Positions 39,922 to 49,088 of a stretch of 64,000 nt of DNA are shown here, piece after piece. The stretch spans positions 1-64,000 of the forward strand of contig JANNVX010000075.1 in the NCBI GenBank assembly GCA_031414595.1, written 5' to 3'. A program made the position numbers and the translations under genes. Under the pieces are notes generated by a model, which saw nothing but the letters and a program-made list of their open reading frames with translations, searched no databases and was not told where the DNA came from. This stretch comes from Deinococcales bacterium (lineage in GTDB: Bacteria; Deinococcota; Deinococci; Deinococcales; JAAFIG01). Each line of letters starts with the position of its first letter. Positions within the stretch are counted from its first letter, which is position 1.

Positions 39922-41136
39922 ATGCGAAAAATTTTAATTGCCAGTGCGGTTTTACTTGGTGGCTTGGCGCTTGCCCAAGCCGTGCAGCGCAGCTTGAACA
40001 TCACGATTAACGGGGCGAGTAGCAGCGAAAAAGCGATTGTTGTGGCGGGCAAAAGCTATGTGCCGATCAGTGCCTTAAAAAGTCTTGGGGTCAATGTCAC
40101 GGCTTCAAACACTACCTTGGCACTGTCTCGAGCAGGCACAGCAGCAACACCAAGCACACCGCCAGTGAATACTGGTGTGGCTGGAACGCAGCAATTGTCT
40201 GGTGGGGTTGGGGTGTTTAATCAAGCAGCGACACTTGGTAAAGAAAGTCCTTTGAATTTCACATTGCGTAGTCTCGAGTATCAGTTTGGACGCATTGCCA
40301 TTGGGCAGAATGTTTGGGAAGCAAACAGTAAACAAAAATTGTTGCTGGTGCGGTTTACAGTGCAGAATCCTCAAAAAAATCGTGATGTACAGTTTAATCA
40401 TTCGAGTTTTCTATTCACTTTGGTAGATTCCAATAATGTTTCTTCAACGCCTGCGTGGGCTGCGACTGAACTGAATTTTGCTCGAGATAATGATTTTACT
40501 CCACTTGATACACCTCTTAAACCCGGGCAGCGCCTTGATGCCTACACCGTTTTCGTCGTGCCTAGCGAAGTCAGCGTGCCGAAACTGATTGTTGAACGTT
40601 TTAATGAACGTACTGCTGGTGTGCTGCGTTTTGATTTAACAGGCAAAATTAAGGGATTACCCACGCCTTTTGCGGCTGACAGCAATGGATTTAAGGCACT
40701 TCAAGAAATCACAGCGCAAATAGGCACATATTACCCTGTTGGTCGAGTGGACATGCGTTTAGAAAGCGCTCAAGTCAGTACCTTAGAAGCAGGAGAAATG
40801 CGCCCAAGCGAAGGCAAGCGTTTTGTGCGCCTAAACTTTGCGTTTCGTAACCCTATGCCTCGAGGTGCGCCAAATGCTGGTGTGACCATGTGCGGTACAG
40901 ACGGATTTATTCTCGAGTTCACCGATTCGGACAATGAACGCCAAACCACACAGTCATGTGGCACAAATTTCTTAAAACCGACGCGCAATGAAAATGGTGA
41001 CGGTGAGCTTGCCCCTGGTCAAGAAATCAAGTTGCGTTACTTATTTGAAGTGCCAAACAACGTAGCCGCCGCAAAATTAGCGGTCTACACAGAACCTTCT
41101 GTTCGTTATATCTTTGATATTGGCACAGCCAAGTAA
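39922..41136 (+). CDS. Secreted protein with two Ig-like (DUF4352-like) domains
   Basis: Signal peptide ALA-Q, two repeats ending LKPGQ/LAPGQ..F.VP; AAGGAG RBS. Confidence 0.7.
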   Translation: MRKILIASAVLLGGLALAQAVQRSLNITINGASSSEKAIVVAGKSYVPISALKSLGVNVTASNTTLALSRAGTAATPSTPPVNTGVAGTQQLSGGVGVFNQAATLGKESPLNFTLRSLEYQFGRIAIGQNVWEANSKQKLLLVRFTVQNPQKNRDVQFNHSSFLFTLVDSNNVSSTPAWAATELNFARDNDFTPLDTPLKPGQRLDAYTVFVVPSEVSVPKLIVERFNERTAGVLRFDLTGKIKGLPTPFAADSNGFKALQEITAQIGTYYPVGRVDMRLESAQVSTLEAGEMRPSEGKRFVRLNFAFRNPMPRGAPNAGVTMCGTDGFILEFTDSDNERQTTQSCGTNFLKPTRNENGDGELAPGQEIKLRYLFEVPNNVAAAKLAVYTEPSVRYIFDIGTAK

Positions 41137-41252
41137 CTGACTTTGGTACAGCCAAGTAATCTCGTCACGATTCTATTAAAATTTTGCTGCACAATATAGC
41201 CATGAGACTACCGCATCTGTCCGTCATGAGACTACCGCATCTGTCGGTCATG
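41120..41252 (+). repeat. Two adjacent short tandem duplications (23-bp and 24-bp period)
   Basis: TTGG(C/T)ACAGCCAAGTAA x2; CATGAGACTACCGCATCTGTC(C/G)GT x2. Confidence 0.85.
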
Positions 41253-42473
41253 AAATTTCTTTTTGTGGCTTTATTGTTTTTTTCTTCAAGCGCTTTTGCC
41301 AGTCCAGCCCAAGATTTACTCAACCAAGCCGCCTACTTTATTGCCGTGCGTTACAACGGGTTTTCCAGTGCTGACACCAGTAATTTTGCCACGCAGTTTC
41401 AACCAGAACTGGATTTGGCGTGTAAGGAGATGCTCGAGACCTGCCCCTACTCGAGTGCCGTACCAATTATTCAAAAGATGATGACCGCATTAAACGATGG
41501 TCATTCGTATTACCTCAGTCCAGAGCAGTATGAAGAACAATTAGCCCAAGCCCGTGGTTTGGGTGGCTCGAGTTTACGGCTCGGAATTATCACAGCCGAT
41601 GCCAAGGATGGTTTTGAGCGGATTGTCGCCGATGTCTGGGCGGGTTCGGCAGCCGATAAAGCAGGCTTAAAACGCGGCGACCGAATTATTGGCTTTAACA
41701 ATCAAAGCGCCAGTGTTCTAGCCGAGAATTTTAGGACACTGCTGGCTAAAGAAGTCAGTACCGGCAACGAAGTGCGTTTGAATCTTCGTCGGGCTGGGCT
41801 ACCCATAGAATTAAAAGTGCGTGGCTCGAGTCTGCGCTCACCGCTTCCAAGCTATAAAACCATCAATGCCAAAGTTGGTTATTTGCGTCTGCCAATTTTT
41901 GATGTCAGTGGTGCAGTCGCAAGTACAGTCCATTCGATTCTGAAAACCCAAAAGAATTTAGCCCCCAATCTGATTATAGATGTGCGCGATAACCCCGGTG
42001 GGCTTGCCACCGAAACAATCGGGGCAGTTGGGGCGTTTGTTGAAAAAAGCGGTTTTATTCTCGAGACCAAAGACGGCAGCAACGAGCAAAGGGTAGAAAA
42101 AGGCGCGGTCTTGATTGCGGGTTTGCGTTTGAATATTGTGCCGCAGCCTTTTATGTACAAGGGTAAAGTCTTGGTATTGGTTAATAAAAATTCGTATTCA
42201 GGAGCAGAATACTTCGCCCAATTACTGCAAGACCAAAAACGAGTCACGGTGATTGGCGAAACCACTGGTGGACTTGGCAATACAGCTACCATTCCATTTG
42301 CTTTGCAGAATAACAGTGCTATTTTTATTACGGTTTCAAAGAGTTTGCGTTTAAGCGGTGGGTACTTACCGGCGGCTGTCACCCCAGATGTGCTTGTGCC
42401 AGATGACCTCGAGTTACAAAGTGTGACTGGCAAAGATGCGGTCTTGGAAAAAGCCCTAGAGTTTTTGAAATAA
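41250..42473 (+). CDS. S41 (CtpA-like) peptidase with PDZ domain
   Basis: DGHS, AGLKRGDRI, DVRDNPGG, SYSGAE, GETTGG; signal peptide. Confidence 0.88.
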   Translation: MKFLFVALLFFSSSAFASPAQDLLNQAAYFIAVRYNGFSSADTSNFATQFQPELDLACKEMLETCPYSSAVPIIQKMMTALNDGHSYYLSPEQYEEQLAQARGLGGSSLRLGIITADAKDGFERIVADVWAGSAADKAGLKRGDRIIGFNNQSASVLAENFRTLLAKEVSTGNEVRLNLRRAGLPIELKVRGSSLRSPLPSYKTINAKVGYLRLPIFDVSGAVASTVHSILKTQKNLAPNLIIDVRDNPGGLATETIGAVGAFVEKSGFILETKDGSNEQRVEKGAVLIAGLRLNIVPQPFMYKGKVLVLVNKNSYSGAEYFAQLLQDQKRVTVIGETTGGLGNTATIPFALQNNSAIFITVSKSLRLSGGYLPAAVTPDVLVPDDLELQSVTGKDAVLEKALEFLK

Positions 42474-42486
42474 AGTGCAAATGTTG

Positions 42487-42524
42487 GCTCGAGCAGCAAG
42501 CAAGGGCTGTGGGTTCTCGAGGGT
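42487..42524 (+). repeat. 38-bp direct repeat, copy 1 (two CTCGAG)
   Basis: GCTCGAGCAGCAAGCAAGGGCTGTGGGTTCTCGAGGGT. Confidence 0.85.
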
Positions 42525-42583
42525 GATGTGAAATGGGTTAGGAAAAGCCATTCCACACTCAAATTTATGCTACAATTCCCACC

Positions 42584-42775
42584 ATGAACACAGCCATTAG
42601 AAATGAGGTTCTGCACGTCGTAGAGCAACTACCAGAAGATGCCGATATGGAACTTTTGATTCAAGCCTTAAAAGTCCGACTTAACATTACTCGGGGCATC
42701 AAAGACTTAGACGAAGGGCGCACAGTCACATCACCAGAAATCCTAGGGCATTTTCGAGCCAAATTATCTTCATGA
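42584..42775 (+). CDS. Antitoxin (63 aa)
   Basis: LPEDA..I.RG.KDL.EGR pattern; ATGA overlap with the toxin. Confidence 0.8.
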   Translation: MNTAIRNEVLHVVEQLPEDADMELLIQALKVRLNITRGIKDLDEGRTVTSPEILGHFRAKLSS

Positions 42776-43065
42776 AAGTGATTTGGTCATTACAAGCCAA
42801 ACTTGATTTAGACGAAATTTATGCTTTTCTCGAGTACAACTCGCCGCGTAAAGCCTTTGAAACCATTAACCGCATTGTGCTGGCGGCTGACGCACTTGGC
42901 GATTTCCCACTGATGGGCAGTGCTGTAGAAGATTCACACCACCAAGACTTGCGTTCATTACTCGAGAAACCATACCGAATTTATTACCGTGCCAAAGAAA
43001 GCCATGTTGAAATAGCCAGTGTCGAAGATACAAGACGCGGGTATCAAATGGATTGGTTACGATAA
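42772..43065 (+). CDS. RelE/ParE-family toxin
   Basis: VIWS..A..DLDEI, L.DFP.MG, YRIYY. Confidence 0.88.
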   Translation: MKVIWSLQAKLDLDEIYAFLEYNSPRKAFETINRIVLAADALGDFPLMGSAVEDSHHQDLRSLLEKPYRIYYRAKESHVEIASVEDTRRGYQMDWLR

Positions 43066-43067
43066 CT

Positions 43068-43105
43068 GCTCGAGCCGCAAGCATGGGCTGTGGGTTCTCG
43101 AGGGT
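43068..43105 (+). repeat. 38-bp direct repeat, copy 2 (36/38 identical)
   Basis: GCTCGAGCCGCAAGCATGGGCTGTGGGTTCTCGAGGGT. Confidence 0.85.
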
Positions 43106-43116
43106 TGGTGATGTAA

Positions 43117-43533
43117 CTATAATTTCCCACGCGAGAATTTTGCATCCAAAGCTGCGATTATCACCACTTCAAGCTGAGCCGAAAAAGCTGTTGCATCACG
43201 CCGCTTACCATCTTTTAAGTCCAACACAACCAGCACTGTACTATCACCCTGAAATGCCAACAGCACTATTGTATTTTGCTTCTCGAGTTGAAGACTGGTA
43301 ATTTCATGCACAACCAAACCAGTATCTTGAATAACCACAATATATGCGCCTTTTAAGCTCGGGTTAAAACCTTGTACTGCCTCGAGTGCCACGGCTTGGG
43401 TCTCGAGGCGATTGCCTTTCCAAACAGGAATATCACTTGAAGTAAAGTCAATATCATTCAAGTAATCATCGGTAGTGGTAGCTGGAGCGCAAGCGGCAAG
43501 CCAAAGCAAGAGTAAAATAGCAAAACGAATCAT
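43117..43533 (-). CDS. Hypothetical lipoprotein
   Basis: LAAC lipobox; AAGGAG RBS before MIRF. Confidence 0.7.
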   Translation of the reverse strand: MIRFAILLLLWLAACAPATTTDDYLNDIDFTSSDIPVWKGNRLETQAVALEAVQGFNPSLKGAYIVVIQDTGLVVHEITSLQLEKQNTIVLLAFQGDSTVLVVLDLKDGKRRDATAFSAQLEVVIIAALDAKFSRGKL

Positions 43534-43633
43534 GGGTTTCTCCTTTTCGCGAGGTATCAAAAGCGGCATACATCGCAAGAAATCTCAGGGCATTTTCAAG
43601 CAAATTGGGCGAAGTCTTCAAGAAAGAGATACA

Positions 43634-44911
43634 TCAAGTAACTGTAATTGAAATTATTTGAGATCGTAATGTGTCTTTTTTATCTTTTGCGGAAATCGTG
43701 TATTGCGTAGCCAGCATGGGTTTCGTTGGTTTCCCAGAAATGATACCTGTTTCAGGATCAAAAGATAATCCATCTGATTTTTCTGGTATCATCGTAAACA
43801 CAATTGGTAGAACCAAGTCATTGAGGTTTGAGAAAGTAGGTTGATTTACAGCCACTTCAGACGCGAAAGTAAAATTAGGGATAATTGCAGTTTTTGTGGT
43901 CACAGCATCTGTGATTTTGCGTGTTAAATATGCTCCCTGCCCCAAACCAAAAAGTGCTAGGACTGTTCCATTGACATCTGGCAAAGCGGTTTGACTGATA
44001 AATGGAATGATCTCGAGATGTGCCAAAAATGCAAGAAAATATGTAAAAGCCGCCACCACAGTGACAGCAATCATTTGAAAATCGGTTAAATCAAAAGCAC
44101 CATCATCGCTTGTCCATAATTGATCCCAATCGGCTTTATCCGAATTGGGAATGGCTATATTTGGATTGCGCTCAACTTGTGCTTCTTTGGCAACTCGCGC
44201 TCCAACAAAAACAATCATGCTTAAACCAGAAAGCACCAGTAAATTAGTTGGAATATCGATTCCAAGAGCATACCGAAAATGCGTATACATCACTCTAAAA
44301 ATCAGTACGGTCAGCAGTGTTGTTAGGAGCATAAAAAACCAGATGGCAATTTGGGTTTGTGAATTGCTCATTCTGCCGTCTTTACCAGTACAGAGTTGTC
44401 TAAAACCAGACTTAAATAAACCATGAAGCAAAAGAATAAGTGAAACCATCACTAAAATTGTGACTAAAACAGGAGACCAAATCCGACTTGGCTTTATTTG
44501 GCGTATTGCCAGACTTTTAAGGGTTTTTCCGTCCAGTGCTAACTGTGCATAGACTTCATCACCAATGCTGATTCCACTGCTTAAAGCCTTTGCACCTTCA
44601 AAGCTAATGCGTGGCTCTGTGATGTCTTTTGGACTATCCAATTCAGACAGGGTACAGCTGCGACGAATAGTAATTCTATCTGTGTTTTCTAAAGGGACTT
44701 CAGTCACAACACCACGTAAAAAAAGTGATTTACCTGTGGGACCATACGCACCAAGTTCGCTGTATTGCACTTCTTTTGGGTCAACACAGGTTTTTAATTC
44801 TGAACCAAAAAAACCTTCGCCACCAATCGCGTTGGCATTAAAGCGAGCCACAACACCTGCTCCCACAAAAAAAACTGCACTCAAGAAAATATATAACCAA
44901 GTTATTTTCAT
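43634..44911 (-). CDS. Multi-pass membrane protein with C-terminal putative Ig domain
   Basis: N-terminal signal/TM, 5-6 TMs with an internal repeat (SQTQ..W / TDFQM; IP..LLVLSGLS / LP..VLALFGLG), GLSFDPETGIISGKPT. Confidence 0.7.
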   Translation of the reverse strand: MKITWLYIFLSAVFFVGAGVVARFNANAIGGEGFFGSELKTCVDPKEVQYSELGAYGPTGKSLFLRGVVTEVPLENTDRITIRRSCTLSELDSPKDITEPRISFEGAKALSSGISIGDEVYAQLALDGKTLKSLAIRQIKPSRIWSPVLVTILVMVSLILLLHGLFKSGFRQLCTGKDGRMSNSQTQIAIWFFMLLTTLLTVLIFRVMYTHFRYALGIDIPTNLLVLSGLSMIVFVGARVAKEAQVERNPNIAIPNSDKADWDQLWTSDDGAFDLTDFQMIAVTVVAAFTYFLAFLAHLEIIPFISQTALPDVNGTVLALFGLGQGAYLTRKITDAVTTKTAIIPNFTFASEVAVNQPTFSNLNDLVLPIVFTMIPEKSDGLSFDPETGIISGKPTKPMLATQYTISAKDKKDTLRSQIISITVT

Positions 44912-44914
44912 ACA

Positions 44915-45565
44915 TTACTCCTTTGAAGCACCAAAACCACTATTACGTGACCAAAAAGTACGCAGCTGGCTTTCTGTACCATTAAATTTGTCTCTATCAC
45001 AACGTCCGATACCAGTAACTTCATGTGGAGGTTGCCCGACTGCCCCATCTGTGTATTGCCATAAAGTCCAAGTTGTCCAGATTTTTGGAATGAGGGGAGC
45101 TTGGCTATATTGTGCAATCCATAGCCAACATTTGGATAGTTCTGTTTGTTTGGGACTGTTAATTCCAGCTTTTGTCAGAGCTTCTTTGATGGTATGTCCC
45201 GAGTACAAACCGGGGTAACGTCCTGTCAGTGCGTGAATATGATGGACAAAGTGTTCGGCTTCTTCGAGTGTCATATCATGACCCTGCGGATTGCCTTCAA
45301 AGTCCAATACCAAGAGAGTATCAGCACCAGCGATCCGAAGAAAATGCTCGGCTTGTTCAATCGCATTTCCTGCCACGCCGAAGTGATATGCACCAACCAA
45401 TAAATCAGCTTGTAAGGCTTGTCGTCGTCTCGAAAGATAGGTCGGATCAGTATAAATTGTACCTTGGGTGGCTTTTTGGATAACACCCAGAATCCCCGCT
45501 TGCTTTACCTTAGTAAAACTCGAGACTTTATTGTGATGTGAAATGTCTATGACGGCGTTAATCAT
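44915..45565 (-). CDS. GH25 muramidase (lysozyme), no signal peptide
   Basis: IDISHHN, KATQG, GAYHF, LDFE, LWIAQY, WQYT, DRD. Confidence 0.92.
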   Translation of the reverse strand: MINAVIDISHHNKVSSFTKVKQAGILGVIQKATQGTIYTDPTYLSRRRQALQADLLVGAYHFGVAGNAIEQAEHFLRIAGADTLLVLDFEGNPQGHDMTLEEAEHFVHHIHALTGRYPGLYSGHTIKEALTKAGINSPKQTELSKCWLWIAQYSQAPLIPKIWTTWTLWQYTDGAVGQPPHEVTGIGRCDRDKFNGTESQLRTFWSRNSGFGASKE

Positions 45566-45580
45566 TTTTCCTCCTGCAAT

Positions 45581-47407
45581 TCAACTATTCCATTCGTTGT
45601 ACAGATTCCTGAAAGCAATCAAAACACGTCCTTTGACAGAACTACCCCAACTAAAAGGTAAGTTCATTGCTTCTACGTCACCATCAGCAATATCTAATAC
45701 ATCTTGAACAGTGGCACGTTGGGCAATCCCGTTCTCTTCCCAATCCAATTTCACTTCAACGGTTGCTCTCATTGGATATGTGGGAAATGGGTTAGAGCCA
45801 TGGGCGGCTACAAATTTCTCGAGCTTGATGCTAAGGCGGGCGGAATACTTGTTTCCCCAAACAAAGCGCTTAGGCTTAAAGTCTTGTTGGGTTATACCAG
45901 AGTCAAAGAAAATAGTTTCACTGGCATAATCAACTGTACCAAGGCTAGGGTTTGTCGCTGTGCTATCGGAAGCCGAATAACTCATGTGTATTTCTACTCT
46001 GCGGTGGTCTAAGTCTTTGGGCGGGTTTAGTGAAAAAAATAATTTGTTTGTTTGGTTGGCAATGAGTAATTTCTCTTGCTGGTCAGCATATTTAAGGTGG
46101 TTAATAGTTGCTTGAGCATCTATGATGTATGCCCCAACAGGTACATTTTCGATTTCAAAGTCTCCATTAGTATCAGTGAAAGCACTCATACCCTCAAAGA
46201 CCCGAACCATAGCGTTTGCAACAGGTGAATATATGCCGCCGATAAAGCGTTTGACTGTTCCTTGTATCGTTGTTGTTCCCACGAATGGTGTCCAGCGAGA
46301 TATTTTTTGCAAAACAACCATTTGTGGTCGGTGTTGCACAGGCTCAAAATGCCCATAACAACCACCTTGGTCAGGTGAAAACCATTCGAGTATGTTATTT
46401 GGTGAAACAGCGACACCCATACCGGGGTTTTTCCATTTTGTTGTAATGTCTGCCACTGAATCATTGGCAAAAGCATTGACAATCTGATTGGCAACATACT
46501 CATCAATTTGCAGTAGCTTTGCAATAAATGGCACAGCTTTAGCTACTTCAAATTTCAGGTATTCATGTAGCCAATTTGCTGCTTTTGCTCGGTTTGCAAG
46601 GTTGTAATTGGCTAAGCCATTTTTAGTTGTACCAAGTTTTACGCCAACATCATTTGCCATATGCCAAATAAATGATGAACAGACTGTGGGTAATGAATCT
46701 GATGCCCAACCAAGATTTCTACCTGCTTTTGACAAATTGGCTTTTGTATAGCCATATAAACGATAATGTGCTTTGGAAACTTCATTTGGTCTTGCGCCAT
46801 ACTGCAAAGCCAAGTCTGCAACTTTATGAAGTGTTAAGCGAACAGTTTTGTCTTGCTGTGGTGGTGGTTTTACCACAAGTGGAGGAGTGATAATAATTTT
46901 TTCACCGTTTGTTGTTGCCACCGCGATTGCCATGTGGTATTGCGTGACACCTGCAATGGTGTAATCCTTCTTGCCATCATTAAAGGGTTCACCGTGAATT
47001 GCCTCATACATATTTTGGCGCACTGTACCAGGCCACATGTATTTTAAGTCAAAATCAGGAAGTCTTTGTGTAGAAGTGTCAAGCTGGTCTGTGAGTCGTT
47101 CAACACTGGCGGTACTGTGAACAATTTCCGAAAAGTCTTTGGTAACTAAGCATGAATGTCCATATGTTTGTGGTGGCAGTAATTGACGGAGTAACTGTCC
47201 AATGACATCCATTGCGCCGGGCATTAGTAAAACATCGCCCTTGCGAGCATTAAGAATACACTCTTTCAAAAGAACTTGTTTTAGAGGTTCATCAAGAGTA
47301 ATCTGAGGCGAGAGTTTGGCTTGTTTGGCAAGCATCCACTCTTCGCTGGTAATTGTTTCACGGTCACAGACTTCACCTTTTGCTACATAGTTTGAAATGT
47401 TTAACAT
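45581..47407 (-). CDS. Permuted papain-like (YiiX/YebB-type NlpC/P60) enzyme with carboxypeptidase-regulatory-like and C-terminal beta domains
   Basis: KGDVLL..YGHSCL followed later by VCSSFIW and VSP..I (His before Cys); GTV..PVANAMV..TDTNGDFEIENVPVGAY; GAGG RBS before MLNIS. Confidence 0.65.
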   Translation of the reverse strand: MLNISNYVAKGEVCDRETITSEEWMLAKQAKLSPQITLDEPLKQVLLKECILNARKGDVLLMPGAMDVIGQLLRQLLPPQTYGHSCLVTKDFSEIVHSTASVERLTDQLDTSTQRLPDFDLKYMWPGTVRQNMYEAIHGEPFNDGKKDYTIAGVTQYHMAIAVATTNGEKIIITPPLVVKPPPQQDKTVRLTLHKVADLALQYGARPNEVSKAHYRLYGYTKANLSKAGRNLGWASDSLPTVCSSFIWHMANDVGVKLGTTKNGLANYNLANRAKAANWLHEYLKFEVAKAVPFIAKLLQIDEYVANQIVNAFANDSVADITTKWKNPGMGVAVSPNNILEWFSPDQGGCYGHFEPVQHRPQMVVLQKISRWTPFVGTTTIQGTVKRFIGGIYSPVANAMVRVFEGMSAFTDTNGDFEIENVPVGAYIIDAQATINHLKYADQQEKLLIANQTNKLFFSLNPPKDLDHRRVEIHMSYSASDSTATNPSLGTVDYASETIFFDSGITQQDFKPKRFVWGNKYSARLSIKLEKFVAAHGSNPFPTYPMRATVEVKLDWEENGIAQRATVQDVLDIADGDVEAMNLPFSWGSSVKGRVLIAFRNLYNEWNS

Positions 47408-47559
47408 TTTTACCTCGTATTGACAGAATAAATACGCGAATAAGTATCTAACTAACTGATGTGTGTTCTTCATCTGTAAAAGGAATAATATGTGAGTTGA
47501 TTCAATTATAAACCCCCCAAATTAACTCGAGTCAGACGCACCCAAGCTCGAGTGGTTAC

Positions 47560-47595
47560 ACCTTATAAATAGAAGCGTAATCAGACCGTAATCAG
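47560..47595 (-). promoter_or_regulatory. Activator-type promoter 1
   Basis: CTGATTACGGTCTGATTACG-10nt-TAAGGT. Confidence 0.7.
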
Positions 47596-47625
47596 GTGAA
47601 TACTTTTATCGTTTTGTTTCAAATA

Positions 47626-48126
47626 TCACATTTGATCAGCTTCGTGTGCCAAAGAATTACTCGCAAAAGCAAGCCCAACTGCTAAGACAGCAGCAAATAC
47701 TGTGCGGACTGTTGAATCAAAATTTCCAACAACGGCATCAAGGGCGGTTGGTCGTTGCAACATCATCCAAGCAACAAAAGCAAATGGTGGAATAAAAACC
47801 CTACCCAAGTCTAACTTATTCCATGTTTTATTCAAGACCCTAGGAATGACATACATCAGTACAGTTAGGACAAGGCAAGACCAGAACACTAATTGCAGTG
47901 CGCCAAAATTTTCATTTGCAATTGTCGTTGTCTTTGTACCGTCTATTGTTTTCGTTGTTGTTGTGAATGCAATCGCAAATGCGTGGAGTCCCAAGATTTC
48001 GCTTGGGACAAGCGCTGCCAAGGTATCCATATAGGTTTTAATCCCGGGTGGCTCTGTGTCTTGACTTTTTTGCGGAGCAGAGTCTTCTCGTTTTTTGGAA
48101 AGTAGCGCGTATAAAATCGTACTCAT
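47626..48126 (-). CDS. Hypothetical 4-TM membrane protein
   Basis: YMDTLAALVPSEILGL motif then four hydrophobic helices; AAGGAG RBS before MSTILY. Confidence 0.75.
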   Translation of the reverse strand: MSTILYALLSKKREDSAPQKSQDTEPPGIKTYMDTLAALVPSEILGLHAFAIAFTTTTKTIDGTKTTTIANENFGALQLVFWSCLVLTVLMYVIPRVLNKTWNKLDLGRVFIPPFAFVAWMMLQRPTALDAVVGNFDSTVRTVFAAVLAVGLAFASNSLAHEADQM

Positions 48127-48154
48127 ATTTTCTCCTTTGTGGTCTCTCGAGGGC

Positions 48155-48190
48155 AGCTTATAAACCAAACCGTAAACAAACCGTAAACAC
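48155..48190 (-). promoter_or_regulatory. Activator-type promoter 2
   Basis: GTGTTTACGGTTTGTTTACG-10nt-TAAGCT. Confidence 0.75.
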
Positions 48191-48414
48191 CCCAAAACTG
48201 CCCATGCTGCAATGTTTTCAGACAGGGGTTGAATTTGGGTTGAAAAAAAGCTGAAAAAAATTCAGGCAAAAATAAATTTGTCCTAGGCGCAAATAATCTG
48301 TTTGGCTGTACCAACCACAGCCCAAGCTCGAGCCAAAGCGTCAGGCTCGAGTTTCTACGGACACAGTGATAAGAAATGCTTGTGAAATGACCTTGAGACG
48401 ACTATAATTTCGCC

Positions 48415-48636
48415 ATGAATACTGTCCTTGAGTTGCCTAAAGAACTTGAAGTCGCACTGATGGACATTGCCACTCGAGAGAACCGTACAGTCAATGAATT
48501 GGTTCAAGCTGCCTTACTCAGTTTTGCCCAAGAACACTCAAAACCAGTATCAAGTTGGTTAGGCATTGCCGAAGGCAGCCCAGATTTATCACAGCGCGTG
48601 GATGAGCTTTTATTCCAAGATAGCTTAAGACCGTGA
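48415..48636 (+). CDS. CopG/RHH-type antitoxin (orphan)
   Basis: Similar layout to the 38461 antitoxin (SWLG..DLSQRVDELL); TATAAT 6 nt upstream. Confidence 0.75.
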   Translation: MNTVLELPKELEVALMDIATRENRTVNELVQAALLSFAQEHSKPVSSWLGIAEGSPDLSQRVDELLFQDSLRP

Positions 48637-48665
48637 ATCTTAAAAATGCGATTCTGGCGGACACT
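48633..48665 (+). pseudogene. Remnant 5' end of a vapC toxin
   Basis: GTGA overlap, VNLKNAILADT matches the PIN first motif, then similarity ends. Confidence 0.5.
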
Positions 48666-48686
48666 CAGTCTTACTTTTGGGGAAAC

Positions 48687-49088
48687 CTACTGGTCTTCAG
48701 AGATGACTACCAAGCCTTCGAGAAAATCAAAATGTTTTTTGTTGTGTGTCACAAGTGGAATCTCTAAAACTAAAGCCGTGGCTGCAATCCATGCGTCGGC
48801 TAGGTCTAGCACAAAGCCTTTTTGTCTGGCTTGTACCCGAATCTCGGCGCATTTGGTGCAAATTAGATCAGTGGTTTGGACAACTCGAAAGGATTCAAAC
48901 AATACCTCGAGTTGTGAAATTCGTACTTTTCCCCACTTGGCTTTGAATGCACCGTAACGCAGTTCTTCTACTGTCTGAGCGGCTGTAAAAAGCATTTGTC
49001 CTTGTAGTTTGGCTTTGTATATAACCCCTAAGGTATGTCGGTTAAAAATATAACTGATCACATTTGTATCTACGACAACTGGGTTCAT
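48687..49088 (-). CDS. PIN-domain (VapC) toxin
   Basis: VVDTNVIS, EEL.YG, DAWIAATAL, LVTHN..HF. Confidence 0.92.
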   Translation of the reverse strand: MNPVVVDTNVISYIFNRHTLGVIYKAKLQGQMLFTAAQTVEELRYGAFKAKWGKVRISQLEVLFESFRVVQTTDLICTKCAEIRVQARQKGFVLDLADAWIAATALVLEIPLVTHNKKHFDFLEGLVVISEDQ

